DNA of 64,000 nucleotides from Octopus bimaculoides (lineage: Eukaryota). The notes under the pieces were generated by a model. That model was not told the DNA's origin. It ran no database searches and saw only the letters and a program-made list of their open reading frames with translations. Where the stretch lies: contig NC_068998.1 of the NCBI RefSeq assembly GCF_001194135.2, positions 29,203,337 through 29,267,336 of the forward strand, in the 5' to 3' direction. Both the position numbers and the translations under genes were made by a program. Positions 37,801 to 49,800 of the stretch are shown here, piece after piece. Position 1 is the stretch's first letter. Each line of letters begins with the position of its first letter.

Positions 37801-40800
37801 TAATAAGATAAAATAGATGAAAGGAAAAAATATCTTAGCAGTACTGTTATCATTCATTAACAGTTGTTTTATATAATAGTATTTGCTAACATTCCAAAAT
37901 AATTATCATTATTTTATGTCCATTTTCCACTGTTTGCATGGTTGGATGAATTTCTTCAGCACAGACTCACCATTCGTTGCAGTTCATTGATAATGCTTTT
38001 ACAAGGTTCAGCCTCCGGATATCAGCCTTCACAATTTCTTTTTGTGTCTTCCTTGATCTTTCTCTTCCACAAGTTCCTTCAATTTAGACTGCTAGGCACT
38101 TCTTTACTCAAACTAGTCATCCCTCATACAATCACACATCTTGAGATTCATTTTATAGCAAGTTTTTTTCTTAGCTCATTTGTGCTGCATTGTATATACC
38201 CACTAAAATTACACATCTAGCAATACATACCTTTACATGCCCTCTACATTCAATGTCCACTTCTTTGAACCTACATCTGGCTGGGGGATTTATTGAATTC
38301 TATTCCTTCACTTTTCAAGTAGTCTTGTTTCTCTGGATCTATCTTTTTCTCTGATGCTACAACTCAGTTGTCTATGTTGACTGGTACATTCTCCACTGAT
38401 GAATGACTTAACATTCACAACTATTTGTCCATCCTGTTTCCTGATAAGTTTGAAATCTACCTGGCTTATGTGTTCACCTGAGAAGTCGGTAGGTTATCAG
38501 GAGGCTGATCAGTTTCTTGAAGTTATTATAGCAAATAGTTAGGTTATTTGCACCACTGACCTCCATGATCCTTGATCCGTTTTCATTCTGTATATGATCA
38601 TAACAGCCATGCACATCAAGATAGTAATGATGATGTTACCCAACATGTCAACTGGAGTCACAAGTTGTGAAAATGAGGTCACTGTTGTCTATTATCAAAG
38701 AAGCCTGCATGAGATCCTCATAACAGTAACCGTTTTGTTCATCAGTCCATCCTGATACTGGTGCAATATAGAGATCACTGTTGCTATCATCTTCCCTGAT
38801 ATTAGTCTAAGCTTAATTATTTGATCATATACTATGACTACTTCAGTTGCTTTGTTACTTTACCTAAAATGTAATTTCCAAGTATCAGGTCAGCATTAAT
38901 TAAACCTTATTAATCATTAGTTTATTATGAATTAGATAAGGTAGAAGTGAATTGGCAATGTTGTTAGAGAATCAAATAGAATACCTTGTGGTACTTGTTC
39001 CAACTCTGTACATTTGGAGTTCAAATCCTGCTACGGTCAACTTTGCCTTTTGTCCTTATAGAGTCAGTAAAAAACTATTAATCAAGGCCCATAGATTAAT
39101 AAGACTGTCAGAGCTTCAGACAATATGCTTACAGCATTACCTGAGACAACAGCAGTGCCAAGTTGTATCGGCTGTAAAACAGTGGCCTTTCTGTTGGACA
39201 ACATTGGTGACACAGAGAGAGAAAACTTGAGTGCTTGGCAACTGCAAGTCTTCCATAAAAAAAAACCTTGCCTAGGCCTGTGCATACAGATACAGAAGCT
39301 TCTTGAGATAGAATGAAAGTATTCCAACTATGATTATCCCCACTTTTTTATGGAATCAGAACTTTTCTTTTTAAAATTTTCCATCTATAATTAGTAATGA
39401 AAATGAAAGCATTTTAATATGTAACTCTACTGTATTTTAACGGAATCAGAGGTTTTACTTTCAAATTTTCCAATTCCATCTTTTTTCACAGTCAGATATT
39501 TATTAAAACCACAGCAAGAAAGTATACCAGTCATGACCATCCTGTCTTTTTCAAAGACAGATGGGGGAAGACAGATAAAGAGTTAATCAGACATAAAATG
39601 ATAGAAAAAGGTATCATTACTATAAGAAAGAAACCAAAAGTATCACAGAAAAATTGTCATAATCAGTAGAAAATGCATCTACAATGCATTGGCCCTCTCC
39701 ATTCTCCTCCATGGAACAGAAACATGACCCCTCTCAAGGATCTTGTAAAGAGGATTGACAGTTTTGATAGCAAAGAACTGCATAAATGGATACATCAGCC
39801 TCCTACCTCATAGCTGTCTGTCACATGCACTGGTAAGGACACATCCTCCATCTCCCGCTAGATCATCCTTTACTTTCATTCAATGCAGCAGCTGCAGGCT
39901 GGAAGAGGCCTTGTGGCAGGCCCTACACTAGATGGCTGGATGTGATTGGGGAAGATCTCCAGAGGCTCAACATCACCTTAGAAGATGTAGAGGGGTTGGC
40001 ACAGAACCACCAATGATGGAGAGCAGTGGTGAACCTGGTCAGCTTTATGCATGATGACATCTCTGGGATCACTAACCTGGGATGACCCCAGCTTCATCAA
40101 GCAAGAGCATGAAGCAAGCAAGCGGTAGAAAATATGGAGTTGGGAGAATGGTAAAGAAAATATTATGGACGCTAAATTACCATCCAATATTCTACACATA
40201 CTGCCAAACACAATATTCCAAAATAACAATAAACATCCCAGTTTCATTTATGACATACTAAGAACACTCTGCTCTAATGAGCAGTCAAATATAACAACAC
40301 TAATTTAACAACGCTCTAAAATATAATTAGTTGAGTATTACTGTCTTAGTTGAAAAATAATTTCTTATTTGAGGACTAATTTATTAGTTGAAAACTAACT
40401 TACTGGTTAAAGACTAAAGTAGTCTTTAGACTACTTTAAGAACACTAAATTATTACATGAAGAGTCGAAGATTAAATTATAGGATGAAGATTAACTTATT
40501 GATTGAACACCAACTTAGTAGTAGAAGACTAACTTAATAGTTGAAGTATAACTCTTTGTTTGAAGACTAAGTCATTGACTTACCTATACACGATGACTAA
40601 CTTATTCACTAAAGAGTAATTCATTGGTTGAAGACTAAATTACAAGTTGAAGACTAACTGGTTGACCAACTTATTAGCTAAATTAGTGTTAATATATTTA
40701 ATGCAGGAAGGCAGAAAGCTGGCAGAATTGTTAGCACGCCAGGTAAAATTCTTAGCAGCATTTCATTCGCCTTTATGAGGTCAACTTTACCTTTCATCCC

Positions 40801-43800
40801 TTCTGGGGTCGATAAAATAAGTACCAGTTCAGCACTGGGTCAATGTAACCAACTTAGCCCTTCCCTAAAACTGCTGGCCTTGTACCAAGATTTGAAACCA
40901 ATATATTTAATGCAGAAATAACAAGAAATTATTGTGATGAGGAAAAACAAAATTAGTTCATTTTTCTATATTTGCAATGGTTAGACAGGTCCTCTTCAAC
41001 AGAACCACACTATTTGTCACAGTCACTCATTATCATTTTCCTGTGTTTTACCTCCCATGTCTTTCACTTGTGCAGGTTCCTTTCACTTGTTGAGGTAAGT
41101 GTTCCTTTACCTAACTGTTATCTTCCACATGCACCACAGCCTTCTCTCTTGCATTTGTGTCTGACACATGTTATACCCAATTTCCTCTCATATCATTTGC
41201 ACTCCACTATTCATACACACTAGTATTATATATCTGGCAGAACATGCTTGCTTCATTTCTTTCCAACCTCCACATTTGCATGCTTTGCCATCATACAACA
41301 TTGCATTTCAGTCATAGGTGTCATAGAATCTACCACTTACTCAAAGAGAGATTCTTGCTGCCAACAGAGATAATGGCTCCATTGAAGTTTTCCACCCCAT
41401 TCTTACTCTGGCTATTATACTTTCAGGATATTTACAGCCTCTAAGGCTAAAAAAGTCACCTAGGTTACAGGAGCAATCAACTACACCTAAAGAGCTTTCT
41501 GAATATTTGAAAGAATTTATTTCTTGAATGCTCTAACAGCTAACTATTCTTGTACACTAGCCACATACCAAATCATTCTCCGTCAGCTTGCCAGTCATCC
41601 CTCTGTACCTCCTGAGCACCCACAGTTTACATTGGTTTCACTGTATGGAATTCCTACCAAGTTCTTTTCTGCTTATCAAATAATGGTAATTTCCCAGGTA
41701 GCAGTAAAGCCCCAACCTTTTTTCTTGATTCAAGACATTACTTTCACATTTTTGGAATTTCTTTTCTAAATGTTTGATAGATTGAGCTATGAGAACTAGG
41801 TCATAAGTATACAGGATATCTCACAGATAACCAAAGTTAAACTCCTTTGTTATGGCCTAGAAACCTATAATAAACAGAAGAGGGCTGATACAGGCTCTGA
41901 TGCATACCTATTTCCATACTAAATTCCTTGCTGAACTCATTGAACTCTCTTCTTTCTCACACCATCGCTGTACATGTCTCCCATAAGCCATTCATGTACA
42001 CCTAACTTTCTTAAAGATCACCAGACAATAGATATGGTATACTGTCAGGTCTTTTCCAGATCGACGAATGCTGGGTATGGTGGGTTACTCTTAGCTAATA
42101 TTACTTTGATTCTTTTGGCAAATATTGGAGACAACTCTGGGAATGTTCTACCCCCTTCACATACCAAAGACTTTACTGCTTTTACCAAAATAGTGATAAG
42201 AGAACCACTAAGTAAATGTACATGAATCTACAATATGTTGAAGGAATAAATTATTCTTGGAAGCTATCCAAATGAAAACAAACTAAATATAGGAAGCATC
42301 AAAAAGCTATCAAGAAAAAATCATTTTCAAACCGTCTGCTTCCTCTTCAATTTTTGCAGTCTTTCTCTTTCCACCTCTTCTCTATTGCTTCCCTTTTTCA
42401 AGTCACTCATTCTCATGTTCTTTCACTCAACATTCTTATCATTTTTTTATATCTCTATTCTCTCCTCATGCTTCCTCCTAATTTCTTCATTCTCTCTTTC
42501 TTTTTTTGACTTCTTTTATACTTCATCTCAATCTGCCTCTTTTCTCTTATTTTCTTTCTTATCTGCACTCTACTTCATTGTGATTAGTTCATGCTGCACT
42601 ATATGGAGATAAAATATTCTCCATATATATTCTCTAATGACAAACATCAACATGAGTTATATAACTAGGATAATTTACAAGTTTAATTTCAATATGGTTT
42701 GTCTATGGATGTTGACATTAAGTTTTACTTACTTGTCATATTGCTGTATTCTTTCATAGCAATAAGAACGATTCCCAAAGAATCTGGAGAAAGAAAAATA
42801 AATGGATTTGAAGAAAATGAAATGATGAGAATGTCAACAGAATAACACAGAAATTGTACCTTTAATTAATAATTTAGAACTGATATTGTAAGGAAAACTT
42901 TCTCCATAAGGGCAAGATGTGTAGTTGAAGGGTTTGCTTGGCAGTCACATTGTTCTGGTTTTGATCTCATTGTATGAAATCTCGAGCAAGTCTTTGCAAC
43001 TAAAACAATATCTTATGTGGAATTTGCAAAATAGAATCTTCACAGAAGTATGGCATTTGTGTGTGTGTGCATGCATGCATGTACACATACATGTATGTAC
43101 AAGTGCATGCACAGGACTGGTTGTGTGGTAAGTAGCTTGCTTACCAACCACTTGGTTCCGGGTTCATTCCTACTGCGTGGCACCTTGGGCAAGTGTCTTC
43201 TACTATAGCCTCGGGCTGACCAAAGCCTTGTGAGTGGATTTGGCAGACGGAAACTGAAGGAAGTCTCTCATATGTACATGTGTGTGTGTATGTGCGTGTA
43301 TATGTTTGTGTCTGCGTTTGTTCCCCCAACATCGCTTGACAACTGATGCTGGTGTGTTTACGTCCCCATAACTTAGTGGTTCGGCAAAAGAGACCAATAG
43401 AATAAGTACTAGGCATCCAAAGAATAAGTCCTGGGGTTGATTTGCTCGACTAAAGGCGGCGCTCCAGCATGGCCACGGTCAAATGACTGAAACAAGTAAA
43501 AAGAGAGTATGTATGAAAAAACTGATAAGGCTCCATCATCCTCATTTGAAGTCTTTCGTGTTGACATGGGGTGGATGCTTTAAAAGAATCCAGTAAGCCA
43601 GAGGACCGCATCAAGCTCCATCGTTTGTTTTGGCATGGTTCCTATAGCTGAATGTAGTTTCCTAATGCAAACCATTTTATAGAATGTACTACATGCTTTT
43701 TTCATGACACTAGTGAGGTTGCCATGTAACTCACAAGACAAAGAAAAAGACACCTCAACTGAGAGGGAGGTGACTTTATGTTAGGTGTTGAGAGGCTAAA

Positions 43801-46800
43801 GTATGACAGAGGAACAGGCTTGGGTGTCTTGCTATAGAGGAGATACCTACCTATCTAGCATTGTATAAGGGTGGATATGAATAGCTGAAAAAAAGACAAG
43901 AGATGGGGTGATGAGATGTCAGAATGAAACGTGGATATAAGAGAGAATATGGACAGAAGATAGGGAAATATGGGTGGATAAGTTCATAAGGGTGTGAGAG
44001 AAGAGTGGCAAATGGTTAGAGATGAGGGGAGAAGCAAATGTAGTGAATGATAAACAAGGGTGGCAGTGTGGTTAATAGTAAATATCAGCATGAGGATACG
44101 AAAGAAGGTAAAAGAAATAAGAGTGGCTCAGGAAAGAAGAGATGAAAAGTAGTTGCACAGGAAGGGTGAAAAGCAGTAGTATGATAAACTGTTTACAGGT
44201 CAAAAAATAAGCTGTACAGAGATGGATATCAGAAGAATGTAGGGGTATGTGGTTCCATGGACAGTTATAGGGGGAAGTAACTGGTAGCAAAAATGGGACA
44301 AGAAATATGTGCAGATTCTACTCCTGTATAATTACAGCAGCTGAATAGTATCATAGTTAGAGGAGTAGAAGGATAGGTATGAGGAAGATGAGAGGTGAGG
44401 AAGACTTGATGGAGACAAATTAGGTGCAAAGGCAGGGACCAATAAGTAAATAGACATAAAACATAATGCTTTAGAACCTTACTTTCACAACAACAGACAG
44501 TGAGCACAGTGAAATGCTAATCATTTTGGTCCTTTGTCATTTCCTCCATGAGGATCAAAATCTTGAAGTTAGTCTTCACTACTTCATCCCGTGCTTTCAT
44601 GCAATTCCCACTTCCACAATTTCTATCTGTATTTAGCAATTGGTACTTCATTATAAACCTGTTCTTACCCATATGCATTACAGAACCAGTGCAAGTCTTC
44701 TCTCTTGCATGCTGCAACTGATTCCTTTTATGCTCAATTTTTCTCTCAAAACATTTGAATTTAGTCATACATGCACACTGATGTTGCATATTAACTTCAT
44801 TCCTTTCTAGTCTTCACACATCCTCTGCATTCAGGCCCTCACATCCCACTATCATGTAGCATTACTATTCATGCACAAGCATCATACAATCTCTAAGCTA
44901 AAGACTTGCTATCAACAGAGGCAATAGCTCTTTGAACTTTCTCCATCCTATTCATATTCTGAAACAATAGTTTCAGAACATCCTACTCCATAGCTCATTC
45001 AGTCACCTAAGCAACAAAAGCTATCTACAACCTCAAGTGAACTTTTAGGGCATTTGAGAAAATCTATTTCCCATGTGAACTTAGTGATTATTGCTTCTGC
45101 ACATCTGCCGCATACAACATCTACTTTTTCTGTGAGCCTTCCTCTGATTCCACTGCACCTCTTGTATGTCTATAGCTTGCATTGGGCACACTGTATGATA
45201 TTTCTACCTATACTTTTCCTACAAGCAGGGTCATTTTTTTGAAGAGAGTAGAAGCTTGTCTGTTTTCTTGCTTACTAAAACTTTGGTCCTCAATAGGTTA
45301 ATTTTAAGACACCTGATCCCAGATTTTGATTCCGCAACTAGAATATATTTTCAAAATCTACTACAGATTCATTTATAAGAATGAGGTTACCAGCAACTGA
45401 TCAAATATTCCTGCAATGACCTGGAGAAGTATGACAGGTAAGAGAGAACTGAGAAATAAGACCTGGTGAACTCCTACTTGCACATCAAATTTGTTGTTGA
45501 ACTTGTTGCTGACTCTCACCTTACTAACAACACCTCTGCAAATCTCACAAGTCATTTGTCTACCTGTAGCTTCCTCCCTGACAACTAAATCAGAGAACAA
45601 GGGACTCTGCTGAAGCCTTTTCCACTGTTGACAAATGCTAAGTACAATGGCTTCTGCAGTTGTTTTGTTAAAAAGAGGGCCTTAGTAGCACTTCTCCCAT
45701 GCAAAAAAAAACAAACTGCATCAAATATAACCTAATTATCTTCCTAATTAATTGGGCTACAGCTCTTTCCATAACTTTCATGACCTGGTCCAACTGTAAT
45801 TATTTTTATCTAAGGCATCTCCTTTAGTCATGTAGTAGTTTATTGCTGCTACACTAGTCATAGGGTATAACACTTTTCTGTACAACTTGTTTAACTACAA
45901 ATTTAACAAGGCTATATCCTAATCCATCAGATATTTTAAGCATCTTAACAGTGTTAGTTGAGGAACCAGAGGCTTTCCATACTGTCATATCTTTAGTTCC
46001 TTTATTTATCATACTGCTGTTGATTAAGATAGCTGGTCCCTTAGTTGGATCCACATTGGGAAGATCCTTTTTTTCCCATGCATTCTCTACATTTAATAGC
46101 CCCTTCGCAGTAACAGTTCTATGCTTATTTCTTTTCAGAATCCCTAAGTGCAAGCATATCGTTATCCATTCACACACTTCTCACTCATGACATTTCGATT
46201 CTCTCATGCAATTTGGAACATCTCATGCTTCTGGTCCTCATGTTGTAGGACATGACAAATCTCTTATTTTTCTACTTTTCCCTTGCTATGTACACCTGTC
46301 ACCTGGCTTCTCTTTTGATATAATTCTTTGCTGCCTCCACTTTTGCAATCTTTCCAAGCCTATCTCTTTGCCTCAATCTCTGACTATCTCTCTCTTTTAC
46401 CTACATGTCACCTTTGGCATAGCTGGAGCCTTGTACCAGCCACAGATTTAATCTATCTCCCATCAGCAGGTTGTCCGATAAGAATGCCCAGTTCTCTTCT
46501 ATATAATATGACTCTGATTCATCCTTCTTCTCAAATATTACAAGTACTTCTATAAATCTTGGACTGTTCAAGAGATCCTCAACCTTCCATGTCTTCCTTT
46601 TCCAGGCTGGTATGTGCATGAGTCTTTTTAGCTTTAAGTCAGTAGGTTTTAACTTATGTTCAGTTGTACATTCTTCACCTGGGAAGTACTCTCAATCCCA
46701 TTTTCTGGTGTAATCATGAAACTGATAGGTAGTTAGTTTCTTGAAGTTAGTGCTACAGATTATCAGCTCATTTACGGCAGAATCCCAAGGGCTTTGTCCA

Positions 46801-49800
46801 CTCTTAATTTCTAGAATGAAAGCCATAGCTTTCATGAACCCCATGGAATTTTTGTTGGGTTTCTGCCCAGCATGTCTGCTCAAGTCACCCACCATGAAAT
46901 TAAAGTCTTCCATTTGTCAAGGTAACCTGCAAAAGGGATTAGTAAATTCAATCTTTTGTTTATCTGTGAGTCATAGTTGAGGAACATATGCAGAGACAAA
47001 TGTTACTGTCATGTTTTCCAAGATTACTCTATACTCAATTATCTTATCACACACTCTGACAACCTCTTTCTGAAGAGGTTTTATATTGTCCCTTGCTCAT
47101 GAAAAGTCTAGCTGAGGATCCGCTCCATCTTATTTCTTGAATGCAGCACAAATCCACACACCTCCATTCTAATAATTTCACAATCTTATTAGACCTACCT
47201 TTCATTGTGGTAGTTCTAAGATTGTTGGCTGGATGAGAAGAGCAAGTGATTAGTATCTGAAAAGAAGATTTGTGTACATGTTTGCCTACAGGCAGAGGGT
47301 TGTTGCACATGTGCAATTAATTATACAACTGTGAAATGCATATATGTATGTGTATGTATGGGTGCATGTGGAATTATATATATAGAGAGAGATAGATTAA
47401 GAAATGGAGTTAAACGCAGGTGTTATTCAAATCATTTATACTTCCAATATATGTTTCGAAGAAAGCATTGATATTATTCCAGAGGGAATAAAAATAACCA
47501 TGCATAAAGTAAAATATATGAGTGATGTGGAGTTTTGCAACCCCTCTACAATGAATAAGAACTGAATGAAATTGTGACAACCCATCTAAGCCACACGAGC
47601 ATGGAAAATGGATGTAAAATGAAAATGTTGCAAAGCTGCATAACAGTGAAACATGGGCCTTGATTGCAAAGAATTTGAGAAGGCCGTAAAGAAATGAAGC
47701 TAGCATACTTCACTAGATGTGCAGCATAAGTATGCATGAATGACGAAGTACAAATGTGTTGAGAGAATGGGAAACGAGAGACATCAGATGTAGTATGCAA
47801 GAAAGAAAACTGCACTGGTCTGAACATGTAATGAGAATGGTTGTATAAAGAAATGCTAAACACTTAATATGGATGGCACTTGTGAAAGAGGGAGACCCAG
47901 GACTTAAAATCTTCACAGATGATATGACAAAGGACTGGAATGTCTGGCAATATGTAACACTTGAGAAGACCTGCCTATTTTGGAAAAGACAAGATTCTGG
48001 AAGCACGATGCATATGTGCACAATTGGGGCCCTCACTCTATTTCCTCTTGAAGCCATCATCATCAACCATCATTTCTCTGTCACTAACTCCACCATCACC
48101 GACTTCACTGCAATATTCTGCTGCTGTAATTAAATATGAGCAGAACTGCATGCTTCGTCTGCTTTTCCTTAATACCACTCATCTTTCTCACTACCTGGAA
48201 CCTTTTCACTTTGATATCTATCCTTCATTCTTAATATTGTCCCTTCTGACACACATTTTACATTGATCACTCTTCTGTGTCACCAAATTATCTCTCCATC
48301 TCCACCTCAATGCACCTCTCACTCCCCCATACAATATGCTTTCCTCTCCCCTCTCACTCTTGCAACCAGGTCAGTATCAGGAAGTGGATATCTTTTCTTT
48401 ATTTGGATGCTATCTAGAATGTCATATTTATCTCTTACCATTACTGAGAAATTCTCAAAGATAATAATAGTTAGAATGTGTATGTTATTAGGTTTTAGTA
48501 GTATTTTATTTATATGCAGTGAAGACGAAAAGTTGTGGTAGGTTAGCTTAGCACTTAGACACCTCTACTTGTAAATATCTGCAGCTGTCATCATTTGCAT
48601 GAAACCACAATTCAAATAGCATTGTTATTTGGGATCAAAAATTGGAACTAAGCTCTCTTCTGTGAAAGAAACACATTCAGTTTCATTTTAGAAAGAAATT
48701 CCTGTCGAAAGACTTCTCGTTTGCACTATCTATGTTTCACTGGAAATTTTCTTCCTTTCATTTTCAAGCATAATGGTGTTTGTTTCATATCCCAAGCAGT
48801 GAGTCAGAACTCAATGATATTATTTATCAATGATTTTTGGATTAGCCTTTTTCTTTTCTTTTTTTTTATGATTTAATTAGTGAAAGAGAACTTGGACTTG
48901 GATAAAATAATTAGAGTGATATTTCTGGATGTCAAGATTTATGGATTTTGAGTAGGAGTGGAATTACTATGTAGTCAATATTTCATTGAGGCTTTTCTTA
49001 GTGAATGGTTAGGATTTAAAAAAGATTAATTTGCAGATATATTTTAAAGGTAAATTCTCTGTATACTGCTGGGCTTGTAAGAACATAATTTTTTTTTTTT
49101 TTTTGTAATAAAACAACACTAAATTTGTTGAGCCTTACAAAACCTTTGAATGGAGAAAATAAAGGCATATTTTGGAATTCTTTTACTAATGCGAGTTGTA
49201 CATCTTCCAAGTTACAAAAACTAATTAGAACATCAATTCGATTCTGAGACAGGAAATTAATACCCAGGAATCAATGCAGGTGATATGACAAGTAAAAATC
49301 AATATAACAGGTAAAATCTACATTCACAATGTACATCAATAATCATAATATAGTATCAGTAAATTTCATCCAAAATCATGCAAAAATTATATTTTTATGA
49401 TTTTTATACTGGACTAGCTGCATTTTAGCAAAATCTCTAGTTTTTATTTGGATCAGGAGATTTGTATAGCCTAAGCATAACAGGACATTAAGAGTTAAAC
49501 ACTGCTGTGTCTATGTTTTGTGCTGTGAAAATAAAGTACGTACAATTATAGGAAGTTATCAAAAACCTATATTTAATGGGGGATATGTATGCTGTTAAGA
49601 AGTATGTGGATAAGGTCTGAGAGCAAAAGAATAGTGTCATCACTAGAAGAAATTGTGCAGTTAAAAGTGAATAAAATGATAATAGTGGGACAGATAATTA
49701 GGTGCCTAGGTGCACTGAGTTTCAAAGAGAGAGAGAGAGAGTTGAAGAGAGAACCATTAACTCACACTTCAATGGAATTATTCAACAGGAAGCCTCCAAT

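Noticed and set aside
40345-40680. CRISPR-like periodicity
   Set aside because: This is a eukaryotic context, the repeat units abut each other with no unique spacers, and there are no cas genes.
43113-43190. tRNA-like sequence
   Set aside because: It has A/B-box-like motifs but no complete cloverleaf, and it continues into SINE body. It is a SINE head, not a tRNA gene.
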